Part shown: piece after piece, positions 1-14,709 of the stretch | Layout of the letters: the number at the start of each line of letters is the position of its first letter | Position numbering within the stretch: position 1 is the first letter of the stretch | Assembly (NCBI GenBank): GCA_951406725.2 | Contig: OX597814.1 | Span: 160,332,001-160,396,000, forward strand | Length of the DNA stretch: 64,000 nt | Origin: Octopus vulgaris | Lineage: Eukaryota | Reading direction: 5' to 3' | Notes under the pieces: generated by a model | The model's input: only the letters and a program-made list of their open reading frames with translations | Told to the model about the DNA's origin: nothing | The model's database searches: none | Program-made: the position numbers and the translations under genes

Positions 1-744
1 TTCAGTCAAGAACCGGATCATCCTAGCAATTTCGGCTGATTATATATATATATATATATAATAGATACTTGATACAGTCACAGTATTTAAACATTTTTAT
101 TTTCTGAAAGTTATGAACTATTTAGAAAAGAACCATTATTTAGAGAACAGAATGTTACAAACCTTTATGATAGTTTTCGTATACTGTATATTTTGTGTCT
201 GCGCTTTCGTTGGTCAACTTTTCAAACAAGCACACGTGTTCTGGGATAATGCATTAGGTTTATTACATTCTGTTTTCTTTAAAAAGAAACCTTTCTCTGT
301 GTGGGTGTGTGTGTGTATAATTTTATATATTGTGTATATATATATTATATTTTATTATGTTATATATATGTGTGTGTGCGTGAGCGCGCGTGTGTGTGTG
401 TGTGTGTGTATGTGTGTGTGTGTGTGTGTGTCTATCAGCTATCGCTCTCATACTCATTTTATTATGGCCTTCGTGCTATTCTTCCATACTTTTATGTTCT
501 TTGTGAAATTCATCTAATTCATTCCCTCCACCTTGTGCTTGTAAGTTATTGTTTCTTTGCTGGTCTCTTAGAATTTTCGTTCGCCAATTGTCGTTCATTT
601 ACTTGGATGTCCAACAGAGTGAAACACATTGTCACCTGTAACAAACCGCGTCTATTTTAAGGTAACGCAAACATACACACAGTCTTTTTCTCTATATCTT
701 TTCCTCTCTCTCTCTCTCTCTCTTCTCTCTTTCTCTCTCACTCA

Positions 745-783
<39 letters not shown>

Positions 784-839
784 ATGCACACATACAAAAA
801 GTACCACAGTATTCATTTTTTAGGGAGTTAATAAACATA

Positions 840-920
840 CACACACACAGACGGACGGACGGACAAACAGACGGACAGACAGACAGACAGATGGGCAGAC
901 AGACAGACAGATAGACAGAC

Positions 921-1006
<86 letters not shown>

Positions 1007-1007
1007 G

Positions 1008-1089
<82 letters not shown>

Positions 1090-1248
1090 TCTCCTGGACG
1101 TGTGGTGTCGAAACGATTTCCGTGAAAACTTTAATTTTTATGTGTATATACTTGTATGTAAGTGCCAGTATGCATGTATGTATGTATGTATGTATGTATG
1201 TATGTATGTATGTATGTATGTATGTATGTATGTATGTATGTATGTATG
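840..1248. repeat. Compound microsatellite (GACG/GACA/AGAT)n followed by (TATG)n
   Basis: Tandem tetranucleotide runs seen directly; they explain the IYLS/MYVC ORFs. Confidence 0.95.
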
Positions 1249-1781
1249 CATTAAAAAATGTACAGGAAGCAGCAAGGGTCAAAATAATGGCAGGTTCATT
1301 TATTTTTAAAGGGTACATGCACATTTTATGTGAATGGCATTCACCGAGGGTTTTAATTTAGACCTGCATTTCGTTTGCTTATAATGAATTAATTCCACCT
1401 TGTAAAGCCTCTGCACACACCAGCAAAAGTATTGTTTGCTGTTTCAATATAGGGACAGAAGTACTTGTTTAACACCAAAAGACTTAAGCAGTATATATCA
1501 CTAAGGAGTCATGATTTAGGCGAAGTATCAGTGTCTGATAGCCTGCTGACGTCGTTTGAAGTTTGGTAAAATTTTACACAGAAAATCTAACGAGAGAAAA
1601 TTCAGTAGTAAATACTATTCACGATCGAGATTGCAGGAACGTGTAAAAAGAATAACACATACATACACACAGATATATGTTTGTGTGTGTGTATATATAT
1701 ATATCTATATGATTTATATAATGTTCTGTAGAATGACTAAATAAAAGACTACTCGAGACAATAACATCGGTATACATATAC

Positions 1782-2389
<608 letters not shown>

Positions 2390-2390
<1 letters not shown>

Positions 2391-3879
2391 GATTTGTGGA
2401 AACGCGGCCCCTGTTCTTGCGAACCTGATAATGGGTTATTTTGAATTCACCATATATGAAGTGTCATTTCAAAAATACGGTTATCCATTTCACTATTGCA
2501 TAAGAGAAAACTGGAAATGATACCTGAATGACTGTTTTATCATTTGGAAGGAGACCATTGACAAATTTTGGACTTCAAATCAACACTAAATGATATAAAA
2601 ATTAACATTCATTTCACAATTGAATATAGCAAAGAACAGCTCCTATTTTTGGATTTTATGATTAAAAAAAAGTCAACAACCAAATTATAAATGACATCTA
2701 TCATAAACCAATGGACTCGAAACAATATCTCCTTCTTAGCTCATGCCACCCGAAACACATCAGAATAAATATCCTCTTTAATTCGGCAAAAAGGATTTGC
2801 TCAATAGTGTCTGATATAACTACTCGGGACCTTCGTCTTCAAGACCTCAAAACAACAGTAATGCAAAGACAATATCTACCCTCACTTATAGGCGATGGAA
2901 ATAAGTGTGCCAAGAAATTAGACATAAAAACACTAAGGACAACAAAACATAACACCACATCTCATCTCGAAACACTACTGTCTATATCAACCCACAAACC
3001 TAGAAATAATGAAGCATACAACACTATTGTGCAAAATCCTCCATTACTAACTGGAGACCCCAAAATGAACAATATCCCGAAATCGCATAAACTCATCAAA
3101 TACAAAAAGCAACACAAATCGCTAAAGCGTCTTCTAACAAATGCGAAGCTTTACACAACAACCATGAAACCAACGGTTAAAAAATGTGAACACCCAAACT
3201 ACTTGAAGGCTCGAATTTCCTTTTCAAACAAGGAGAGAGGTTCACAATTAAAACCAACTTCATTTGTGCCTCCGAGAACCTAATTTATGTAATAACCTGC
3301 TCGGGTTGTAAACATCACTATATAGGACAGGCAAGCATGACATTGAGACGGAGAGCCACTCTACATAAAGAGCAGATCCGATTCCCGCAATACAAATTCC
3401 TTTAAGTGAACACACAGAGAAATGTGCAGGTAGCATCAAACCAAATTTCTCAGTATTCCCCTTCTACCAGTGAAAAGATACAATTTCGTCACAAGAGCGT
3501 TTAAATAAAGAAAAAATGTTCATCGAAAAATACAGAACAAGCATAACCAACTTTGATCTCTAAACATATTTTAATTCACTATTACATACCCATTACTGTA
3601 CATATTTCTCCCCACCACTCTAGTTTTTGAATTTTTGTGTAAACTGAACAATTATCTCTCCTGTCCACAATAATAACGTTAACCAATTACCTCCCCTTAG
3701 ATTTTTCTAATTGTTGAATCGTTCATATGGATAAAAACATTCTTCTTAAGAAAATACTTTTCTAAATATACTTTTAATGTCCTGAATAGTGAAAGCGAAA
3801 CCGGTCGACAAACAATACAAGATGTATTAAAAATTATATGAAAACTATGTAAAGTGTGTGCATATTCCTTCTTTAATTT

Positions 3880-3880
<1 letters not shown>
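2390..3880 (+). mobile_element. Penelope-like retroelement, 5'-truncated and decayed (RT C-terminus, GIY-YIG endonuclease, 3' UTR)
   Basis: PLE RT motifs APVLANLIMGYFE, WK*YLNDCFIIW (decayed YxDD), IHFTIE...LLFLD and DIYHKPMDSKQYL...SCHP. GIY-YIG motif NLIYVITCSGCKHHYIGQ lies at about 3277-3330 after a frameshift. Ends at (TA)n. Confidence 0.9.
3778..3810 (+). ncRNA. Minimal type I hammerhead motif in PLE 3' UTR (G8>U, probably inactive)
   Basis: TGTC CTGAATA GT-GAAA-GC GAAA CCGG TC GACA: stem I TGTC/GACA, palindromic loop III CCGG, GUC site. Confidence 0.75.
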
Positions 3881-3945
<65 letters not shown>

Positions 3946-3947
3946 TA

Positions 3948-4090
3948 GGTGCAGCGTGGCTGTGTGGTAAGAAGCTTGCTTCCCAATCACATGGCTCAAT
4001 CACTGCGTGGCACCTTGGTCCAGTGTCTTCTACTCGAGCCGACCAAAGCTTTGTGAGTGGATTTGTTGGACGGAAACTGAAAGAAGCCCG

Positions 4091-4132
<42 letters not shown>

Positions 4133-4340
4133 GTGTGTGTGTGTCTGTGTCTGTGTTTGTCTCCCACCATTGCTGACAACCGATGTTGGTGTGTTTACAT
4201 CCCCGTAACTTAGGTGTTCGGCAAAAGAGACCGATAGAATAAGTACTAGGCTTACAAAGAATACGTCGTGGAGTCGTCAAAGGTGATGCTCCACCATGGC
4301 CGCAGTCAAATGACAGAAACAAGTAAAAGAATAAAAGAAT
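3948..4340 (+). mobile_element. tRNA-derived SINE, family A
   Basis: A-box-like TGGCTGTGTGG head, internal (TA)n/(TG)n, tail AAGTAAAAGAATAAAAGA; homologous to 38031-38405 and 51020-51346. Confidence 0.85.
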
Positions 4341-5393
4341 ATATATATATACGCGTACCCAAATTTATTCTACCAAAACTACTGAATTCATTATTTCACC
4401 TTCACATGGGAGTTACAATATCGTGACTACACACGCCCCCCACCCACCCACACACACGTACGCACATACACATACACACACAACACAGGCAAACGCACAC
4501 AGACACATACACACGCGCGCTCGGACACATGCAAGCGCACATACGCTCATGTCAGTTATAGGAGTAGAGTAGATGTGCACATCACTCTTCGTAGATCCTA
4601 CAAAACTGGTAAGTTCAATGGTGATAATGTTCCGCATGAAAATGCTTAGGTGAATGTTTAAAAAAAAATAATAAAGTCCTCACTGGAGAGGGTTGGATTC
4701 CAGAGAATTGTAGTCCAGAGAGTGGAGACCCAAAGAAAACTTTTTGTGGAAACTTCGATCAAGCTAAAGTTAAAACTACAACGATTCAATTTAAACTTTA
4801 ACTGTAAATCTGACCAAAGTATGTCTAGATTCAGAAGAACATAAAATGCCTGCTCCTACAACCTCGACGACATTTTTATTCTCAGTCTAATTTATGAAAT
4901 AATCTACATAACATCCTACTGAATCAGTAATTCAGCAGTTTAGCTTTCGAGCTTAAGTTAAACATTCACCATCAAGGTTATAATTCCTTTCAGAAATGTT
5001 TGATTGATTTGTCCCGCTTGTTCGATCGTTTGATCGATTTGTCTATCAAACCATTTGAGGTCGCTGTGTTGTCTCTAATGAGGTGTCACTAGTAATTTTT
5101 GTAACTTGGGGGAGGCTGATCTTTCTTCAAGGTGATATATTCCGTGATAAACCTGTCTGTGATATAAAGTCTGTAGCATGGTGATCTATGGAATTTGATA
5201 TCATTTGTTCTGTTCATTGATCAATGCTTTTGATGCGTGCTGCTTGTGTCTGTACATATTATTTATGCAGTAGTTTGGCGCTATTTAAGCAATGCCGTTC
5301 CATAGGTAGAGCCAAAACTTTTATGAAACGATGTAAAAAAAGAAAAATTGTTCTAAAATGGAAAGGTCAAGTTTTCAAGTTCACAGAAAGATT

Positions 5394-5793
<400 letters not shown>

Positions 5794-5795
<2 letters not shown>

Positions 5796-5898
5796 GGCGG
5801 CGAGCTGGCTGAATCGTTAGCACTCCGGGCAAAATGCTTAGCAGCATTTCGTCCGCCCTTACGTTCTGAGTTCAAATTCCGCCTGGGTCGACTTTGCC
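5794..5898 (+). mobile_element. SINE family C, 5' part
   Basis: GGCGGCGAGCTGGCTGAATCGTTAGC...GAGTTCAAATTCC (A/B-box-like); many homologues in the window. Confidence 0.75.
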
Positions 5899-6510
5899 AG
5901 ACTTTGAAATCATTATTGTTGTTGTTGTTGCTGTTGTTGCTGCTGCTGCTATTGTTGATGCAATTGTTGCTAATGATGATAATGATGACGATGTTGTTGC
6001 TGTTGTTACCACTGCTGCCAGCTAATGTCATTGTAATGATATTCAGGATCAAATTTGCTTTTCGTCCTTCTAAAGATGGAAAAGCTGTAAAACAACTGAC
6101 TCCACGAAAGCATAGAATTGGTAGAGGGATTAACTACGTGAAAATACATCTGACAGAAGTGACGGTGATGAGATGATAGAAACGGTTGACCGTTGGATTA
6201 AGTACCTCGAGGTATTTAATTACATGCTGAATTCCATTTCCACTAGAGCTAACATTGTTTGCCTTCCCTTCGAGATCCATTGAAATTTGTACCAGTAGAA
6301 ACGTACTGGAATTAAAGGATTACTTTATTATATGATTTTGTCGGATGTGTGAGAAATAGGTGGTCCTACGTGTGACATATGTATGCATTTCAAAACTGAT
6401 GAGAACAAGGTGGTGAATGGTCCACTGCGGCAGCCTCGAGTTGACATCTACGATAAAAACATGAACAGGTAGAGAGTTCTAGAGAATTAGTACTTTTGGA
6501 TGAAAACATT

Positions 6511-6680
6511 AGACAATAGTAGATGCGTGGTAAAGAAGTTCGCTTCTCAACGAGGTGATTTCGAGACCAGTCTCACTGTGTGCCATCGTGATCAAGTGTC
6601 TTCTACTAGAGCATTGGGCCGACCAATACCTTGTGGATGAATTTGATTGACAGAAACGGTATAGAAGCCCGTCACCAAAT
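6511..6680 (+). mobile_element. SINE family A, diverged 5' half
   Basis: Similar to 38031-38180 (GTGTCTTCTACTA...GGGCCGACCAA...AGAAGCCCGTC). Confidence 0.65.
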
Positions 6681-6911
6681 ATACATATACACACACATAC
6701 ATACATGCATACATATACCTACATACACACGCTCATACACAACACACAAATGCACGCACGCACGCACACACACACACACGCACACACACACACACACGTA
6801 TATATAAAAGCATAGTCCTCACACAAGTGACTGACGGTGCTAGTCAGCACCAGCATTGCTAGAATTAAGAGTAAAACAACTCTTAGCCACGTGAGAGTAC
6901 TTTTTTAACAA

Positions 6912-7067
6912 CTGGGGAGAAGACTATGATATAAGTCGTACGTAGCCGCTTATAGTCTTCTGCAACTTCTCAACACTTATTTATTATATTCATATTTATG
7001 TTATGTTGAGAAGTTGCAGAAGGCCATAAGTGGCCTCGTACCTTTTATATCAAAGTCCTCTCACCAG
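6912..7067. repeat. Imperfect inverted repeat, 64 bp arms, AT-rich spacer
   Basis: 6912-6975 aligns with the reverse complement of 7004-7067, including an exact CTTCTGCAACTTCTCAACA block. Confidence 0.9.
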
Positions 7068-7563
7068 CACCTTTTATTTACTGGTTCATTTTCTTCTTTA
7101 TTTACACACCCCCTGCAACGGTTTTAACTTTTGCCCTTGGTTCAAATATAATTGACCAATGGTAGTGATGGATAGACTTTGGTCAATTCCATTTCGGACA
7201 ACAGGTGGTGCCTCCAAAATATTTCAGTAAGTACACCATTATAAGAACCCTAGGGTTTTGTTTTGGGATAAATATTAACAAGCCCTATTTACGATAGACG
7301 TGTTGGCAATTTCTTGTCTTATTTTAGTGCTAACTTCATTTCACTACTTTTCAAACATCCTAGTCCCCACCCTCTTTATATAGAAATAATCCGTAAATAT
7401 TTCCCTATACCACTGCTAGATCATTCTTTTGCCTATCGACTTCAAAGCTACATGATGAAAGCTGGTATATTTTTAATATATTAATCTCCCTGGCCTCTTC
7501 TTGAGGCCATGTTCTTTCCTATTCCCTCTTCCCTTCGTTTATTTTATTTTACGCATTTGTATT

Positions 7564-7645
7564 CACTCTGATGAAGCTCGAATATCCTATGAAGCTGACG
7601 AATATTATTTTCGAAATATTGGAAGCAGAAACAGCCGTAAGATAT
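7564..7645 (+). ncRNA. Hammerhead motif with long stem II in a PLE-like 3' remnant
   Basis: CTGATGA (7568-7574), stem II GCT-CGAATAT/ATATTGGAAGC, GAAAC-AGCC-GTA (7628-7639); stem I weak. Confidence 0.55.
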
Positions 7646-7792
7646 GTTAAGCTTTGTATTATAGAATAATCTAAAGGTGTGGTCCAATTTGTTTGTCTGT
7701 TGATCAAAAGTTTTCTCAATTCTCTGATTATATGTATATATATATATACACATACACACACACATACATATATATATGCACACACACACACG

Positions 7793-7833
<41 letters not shown>

Positions 7834-8052
7834 CTATCTATCTATCTATCTATCTAAAGTTATTAGTGAGGGATTATCAATTTGGGCAAAATACTTTTTA
7901 AGCTCTCTGTTAGTGTACCAGGCTAACAATATTGTTCAGATTAATAAGCAACTCCGCGTATCCTTGTGGTAGGGTCCAAAGTTATAGTTCATTACCATTC
8001 TATATTGTAAATCCATGGTTGTGTTCCAGTTATACTGTTTTTTTACACAGAT

Positions 8053-8114
<62 letters not shown>

Positions 8115-8297
8115 ATGTTATGGTTAGAAGCCATTCATGCTATCAGGATTAGCAACTCGAGTCGAAGAGAACAAATCACTCCAAATCCTAGTTATAGCAT
8201 TTGTGTGAATGAATTCATGATTGGCTAGCTTGTGTTGACAAAGAGTCGTATAATGTATAATAATGAAGTTAAACCAAATAATGATATTTTGAATGAA

Positions 8298-8375
8298 TTA
8301 ATGAGTACGTTTCAGATAATTGTGTCAGAGATAAAAATGGAATTTCATCTCTTATGCAAAATTTTCTTCAGTTAA
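8298..8375 (-). ncRNA. Hammerhead motif, left arm of a palindromic pair (cleavage triplet decayed)
   Basis: Minus strand: TTAA CTGAAGA AAAT...ATCT GAAA CGTAC TCA TTAA. Confidence 0.6.
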
Positions 8376-8397
8376 AGCATGTCAAAATCAATATGTC

Positions 8398-8472
8398 TTA
8401 GCTGAGGAAGATTTTGCGTAAGAGATGAAATTCCCTTATCTGATGCGCGATTATCTGAAACGTACGTATTAA
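8398..8472 (+). ncRNA. Hammerhead motif, right arm of a palindromic pair (core intact)
   Basis: TTAG CTGAGGA AGAT...ATCT GAAAC GTAC GTA TTAA: stem II closed by AGAT/ATCT, palindromic loop GTAC, GUA site. Confidence 0.7.
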
Positions 8473-8869
8473 ATGCATTTAAATTATCATTACATGGTTT
8501 GACATCCTCATCACACACATACACATGTATATGTATATATTTGTTTGCATATATATGTGTATGTGTGCACACACACACACACATATGAATATAATATATA
8601 CAAATATATACACGTGTGCGCGCGCACTTTGCAGGGTAATCTTGATATCAACTTATTTGCGATCATTATCCAATTTTTTTGTCTTTGTAGATACAACACA
8701 CACATATAAACGTATGAATGCATGATTACATACAGAAAAAGTAATAAAGAGATTTACACATGGATATTGATAACTCCCTTAACCCCTTTGAGAGTCGTTG
8801 GGGTGCTGTAGCCACGTAGCGTATCTAGGGCGAGAAAGCTTAGTGGAGCCCATTCCTCTCCAGGGTAAA

Positions 8870-9080
8870 CTCATTTCAAGAACACAACGAATCGCCCGGT
8901 CCAGGGACCGAAACCGCAGTCGCACGGTCGTGGTATTTATTTCTACAGCTGAGTGGATTGGAGCAACGTGAAGTGAAGTGTTTTGCTCAAGAATACAATG
9001 CCCTCCCCTGATCCAAGAATCGAAACCACAATCTTACGATCGTGAGTCCAACACCCTTACCACTAAGCCACACACCTCCA
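8870..9080 (-). mobile_element. SINE family B fragments (two adjacent pieces)
   Basis: Reverse complement of the 11088-11225 head (CACTAAGCCACAC, TTGCTCAAGAA, CAGCTGAGTGG). Confidence 0.75.
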
Positions 9081-9321
9081 CATAGATATATACCTAGCTA
9101 TATACATACGTAAACTACATACAGGTATACTTATATGTAAGTGAATGCTTGCTTATATATGTGTGTGTGTGTTTCCCTCTGTATCTGTGTGAGTTCGTGT
9201 GTGTACAAATCTATGTACATGTATATGGATCCCAACACATATGTACACAGATAGATGCATACATTTATACACACACACACACAACCATATACACACTCAT
9301 GTATGTATATATGTATATCTA

Positions 9322-9417
<96 letters not shown>

Positions 9418-9483
9418 CTTTAAAGGTATTTTTTAATATGCTGGCGATTGATAAAATGTTTTTCGAAAAATTTCATCCTATAT

Positions 9484-9538
<55 letters not shown>

Positions 9539-9612
9539 CTATCTCTCTCTCTATATATATATATATGTATATATATAAATTCAAATATTATCCCTATCTA
9601 TTCACTACTTGC

Positions 9613-9675
<63 letters not shown>

Positions 9676-9699
9676 ATACTGACTTTCCAACGAAATTTG

Positions 9700-11500
9700 T
9701 AATTTGATCAGAACTCTTGAAGTTGTCTGAGAAATTCGACATTGATCTTCATTCCCATTAAGTTATGCCCGCCAGCACCACCTCCACCACTAGTTCCACC
9801 AATGCAGCTTCTGAAACACTTCAAAGTTGGCTATGAATAGTTCAGAGTGAGTAAAATCTCTCTATTTTACGCCATTTTGATTGGTAATTTATTGGAATCC
9901 TTGCAAAGTTTAATGAAAGACGCAGCAATATATTTCTTTTAAGACGTTGTTCTATGTTGGTTCTATGCTTGGTTACACCTGGTTACCATCATTGCCGGTA
10001 TTTCTATAGAGTCGACTGGATTTTGTTAATCCACAAAGACTATGCAGATTCGAGCTTACTTTATCAGCTGGTACTTGGCATGTACAAGGTCATGCATGCC
10101 AAGAAAACTGCCTCGAATCTCTTCCATTGAATTGTTGCTTCAATGACGTTAATGTATTTCTTTATATACTCTCGTTGTATTTTTCTTATTTGTTTATCCA
10201 ACTCTGTTGACTCTGTTTTGTCTCTAGCTGAGTTTCCTTTTCATTTCTTCATCTGATCCTATATTTCCTGAAATAACTTGCTGTTGCTTTCACTACGCGT
10301 TTCCCTGGAGTCTTCGGCTGTTTCAATAAACCTTCAATGACATTTTGTGTTACATAGTTATTGCAGTCTTAAGGTCAGCAGAGAAAAAAAATCGATTTGA
10401 CTCTCGACGATCTTGATTGGTTTGTTCTTGGAGTGGATAAGCTTCTTTCTTTCTATTTACAAGGTGATTTAGAACTTGCCTCTTACCATTTCATCATCGC
10501 TGTCTTTGACCATGATATTCCATTCAATGTGTCGAACAATGTTATGTTCGGTATAGTATAATCTGTCTCGTCGAAGGTTTCACACTCTGAAATTCTCGAA
10601 GTTCTTGTATATGGTTTCTCCTTTCTCAAGAGAATATTGGCTATTTTTAAGATTTTTCAGACATTTCTTTCACATTATGAATATATACTTAGGCAGTATT
10701 CGGCGGAGATTTTTTTTTTTTAAATCGCTTTTACTTTATCTTTACTTTAGGTCTTCCATTATGATAGTATGTCTCGTCATAGTCGGTAACTTCGTTAATC
10801 AATGCATAAAATAGCTCAGCACTTCTTGAGTATTTGCAGATATTGGCGCATATACTTGGAAGATTTTAACTTTAAAATAAGACTGGTGACATGATTTGAA
10901 ATATCATGAAATTGCTTGACATAAATCATAATCTATTCGTTGATCAAAGAAACAAATCCACCGAACTTGTTTTTCTCTATGTGTAGTAGAACAGACGGGT
11001 TCTTATCTGTATGTTATCACTGCGGCAGACCTTCACTCAGATCGAATGCACAACTCCATATTTTATATTTTGCTAATCATATATGTGTGGAGGGGCGTGG
11101 CTTAGTGGTTAGGGTGTCAGCATCATGATCGTAAGATTGTTGTTTCGATTCCTGGACCGGGCGACGCGTTGTGTTCTTGAGCAAAACACTTCATTTCACG
11201 TTGCTCCAGTCCACTCAGCTGGTAAAAATGAGTAACGCTGAGATGGACTGGCGTCCCGTCCAGCTGGGGAACACATACGCCATTGAAACCGGGAAGCCGG
11301 GCCCATGAGCCTGGCTAGGCTTTAAAAGGGAGCATTTATTTATTATCTTTTAAATCGTATATGTGCGATATGATTCTTTTGAGAGTAGAAACATATTCCA
11401 GACACATACGAAAGTGTTACTTCCGTTATTTAGTTTTTTTTAATATTTGTTTCTGTTTTGGTGAATAGCCACCACTGTCGAATAACCCCTTCAATCTTGT
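9700..11500 (-). mobile_element. Highly decayed APE-type LINE, RTE-like, interrupted by a SINE
   Basis: Minus-strand remnants in LINE order: VKIFQVYAPIS (endonuclease QVYAPT motif, about 10840-10870), TIIMEDL, CIVFVD*QNPVDSI (RT FVDxxKAFDS-like, about 10005-10045) and GMKIN (about 9740-9757); many stops. Confidence 0.6.
11088..11352 (+). mobile_element. tRNA-derived SINE family B with Meta-domain-like 3' part and target-site duplication
   Basis: A box TGGCTTAGTGG, B box GTTTCGATTCC, GATGGACTGGCGTCCCGTCCAG block. Flanked by AATCATATATGTG (11075-11087) and AATCGTATATGTG (11353-11365). Confidence 0.88.
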
Positions 11501-11659
11501 CCAATGAGAAGAGCCGTTAAAGTTCTTGGTTTTGGAGTCATATCAGATATTTAGACTACAATGCAAATTGCTAGGACAAAGCATTGGGGTGTACGTCAGC
11601 TTGGCTCCCCTGGCCTCTTATTCAGTGTAAATGTGGCAGCAATGTTTCCAAGAGATCTA

Positions 11660-11814
11660 CAGTCGTGGTATTCATTTATACAGCTGAGTGGACTGGAGTA
11701 ACGTGAAGTGAAGTGTTCTGCTTAAGAATACAATTCCCTCTCCTAGTCCAGGAATCGAAACCACAATCTTACGATCGTGAGTCCAACATCCTTACCACTA
11801 AGCCACACACCTCC
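11660..11814 (-). mobile_element. SINE family B head
   Basis: Near-identical to 8925-9080. Confidence 0.8.
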
Positions 11815-11840
11815 ACAAGAATAACTGGCAGTATGCATTT

Positions 11841-12528
11841 ATACATACATACATACATACATACACACACACACATACATACATACATACATACATACAT
11901 ACATACATACATACATACATGTATACATACATACATAAATGCATACATACATACATGCATGCATGCATGCATACATACATACATACATACATGCATGCAT
12001 ACATACCTTCATACATACATACATACATACATACATACATACATACATACATGCATGCATGCATACATACATACATACATACATACATACATACATACAT
12101 GCATGCATGCATGCATGCATGCATGCATACATACATACATACATACATACATACATACATACATACATACATACATACATACATACATACATACATACAT
12201 ACATACATACATTCAAATATCTATGCCTCCATAAATAAATACATTCACTTATACATTCACCTGGCAAGTGGGAACTGAACGCAGAATATACACAGACGGA
12301 AGAGATACCGTAATACATTTTTTTCTGACGCGCCAACGATTCTGATACCCTCCCATCCACAGAACAACGCGACGCCCAGTCCGGGAATCAAACCAGCGAT
12401 CTAGCGATCGTTAGTGTGACTTCCTATCCATTTGGCCACGCGCCTTCACATACTCAATACATATGTAGACTAAAAGTACATTACTACATAGTTTATAGCT
12501 ATTTTCCTGAAACACCGGGGCGTAACAG

Positions 12529-12596
<68 letters not shown>

Positions 12597-12613
12597 GGAT
12601 AGATGGATAGATG

Positions 12614-12687
<74 letters not shown>

Positions 12688-12969
12688 CAGATCGATAGAT
12701 AGATAGAAATACGCGCACTCAAACGTATATACAAGCATATAGACATGCTTTTATACATCTACACACTTACACATGTATATTTATCCAGCCATGCTGCCAA
12801 CGAACCTCTATACATACGTACAAACATACATACATACATACATACATACATACATACATACATACATACATACATACATACACACATACATACATACATA
12901 CATACATACATACATACATACATACATACATACATACATACATACATACATACATACATACATACATAA
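11841..12969. repeat. (CATA)n/(CATG)n and (AGAT)n arrays with short SINE C and B scraps at 12270-12447
   Basis: Seen directly. Confidence 0.9.
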
Positions 12970-13662
12970 ATACGTAAGTATACAGATGTACTAATATAGA
13001 TATTAAGGTATTCTACAGTTAGTTACATGCATTCTGCAGAAACCTATTACAATGCATTAATGCAATGTGTCTCAGCGTCATTTCCGTATGACCGATTATA
13101 TATATTTTCTATGTCATAAAAAAATTGAATCTATAATTTCTTAAATTTCAGTTACAGCGTTTTAGCATTGCTGCATGGAGATCGATGTGAATATGTAATT
13201 TTTATTGAATAGTAAAATTTCTTTTAAGAATATCGCATTCTTTTTAGTCAAGAATGATATATTTGAATAAAGCGTATTTCGGTTTTTGTTGTGAATATAT
13301 ATATACGAACATGCATACATACATATATGGACACGCATACATACATAGTCATAAACATACACACGTACCCATCACACATACAGACACGGACACGCGCATT
13401 CACACACACATATATACGTATGTATGAATGCATATATGTATTTATATTTGTGTGTATATATATATATATATATTTGCACACACAAATATTATACACAGAT
13501 GTACGCACTCATGTACACACATAGGCTCACACATACGTGTATATATGCGCTTACAAATTGCAGCCTTGGTGTGCACCGGTATATCTGCTATATATGCATT
13601 CATAAAGGAATCTATATGTAAAGAGACACAGTAGAAATTGCATGCGAATATACAATAAAAAC

Positions 13663-13887
13663 TTTCTCTCACAACTTTCTCTCACTCTTTCTTCCCGTTT
13701 CTGTTGTACCTGTATTTCAAAGGGCCAGCCTTGTTACACTCTGTGTCACGCTGAATCTTCCCGAGAACTACGTTAAGGGTACACGTGTCTGTGGAGTGCT
13801 CAGCCACTTGCACATTAATTTCACGAGTAGGCTGTTCCGTTGATTGGATCAACTGGAACCCTTGTCGTCGCAACAGACGGAGTGCCG
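13663..13887 (+). mobile_element. Probable SINE 3' segment
   Basis: Start CAACTTTCTCTCACTCTTTCTTCCCGTTTCT matches 48694-48724 of a family-B SINE and then diverges; ends at (TA)n. Confidence 0.5.
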
Positions 13888-13924
<37 letters not shown>

Positions 13925-14709
13925 ATGTATATGCATATATATATATGTGTATATATGTATATATATATATATATGGAGAGAGAGAGAGAGAGGAAGAGAG
14001 ATATATATGTGTATGTGTGTATGTGTTTGAGTGTGTTTGTGAATGTGTGTGTATGTGCGCGATTGTGTTTTTAGTTATATGTGTGTGAAGTTTTGGTATG
14101 TGTAATGTGTGTGTATATGCATAAATGCATGTTTTCTGTGCATATACGCATTTGCTTGTCTATATATATACTCATTTAATTATGGGTATGATATATGTAT
14201 ATAATACACCGTTTATCTATACTAACACACACACGCACACACACGCAAACACGCGTACACACACATAAACACATACATACACAAACACACGTATATGTAT
14301 CCCCTTTCGTTTCCTCTCTCTTCCTTTCACTAATTCATTTTATCTCCCCTTCTCCTCCTTTCGTTTTTCTCTCTCATCCTTTTTATGATTCTTTTCCTTT
14401 CCCCTTCACCGTTCTCTGTCTGACCCTCCCTATTCCTCACTCGTTCCTCTTTTACTCTCTCGTTGCTCACACGTGACCATCGGCCATCTTTCTACTCCTA
14501 ACCTGAGTTTCTTTCAGCTACAGAGATAAGACGCATTTTTGTCTGTCTCCTATCAAAGCTTGTTCCTCCAGCTTTCGCCACCTCACCACGTTAAGGCTTA
14601 GCAGCCCTTACTTTTTCTTTTTACTGTCCTGTTTTTGTTACCAACTTTGACCCTCTACAAATTTTATTTAAGTTTATTTGATTCTATTTAATTTGCTTTG
14701 CGGGAGCAA

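Noticed and set aside
4900-5260. Possible RTE LINE C-terminal remnant
   Set aside because: The suggestive peptides (LKWF on minus, INAFD on plus) lie on opposite strands and are too short to support a call
6396-6420. CTGATGAG core match (similar cases at 35284, 45097 and 61618)
   Set aside because: No stem II plus GAAA-NUH arrangement follows
11088-11165. tRNA-like heads here and at 22667, 38031 and 48527
   Set aside because: They have A/B boxes but no complete cloverleaf and continue into SINE bodies, so they are not tRNA genes
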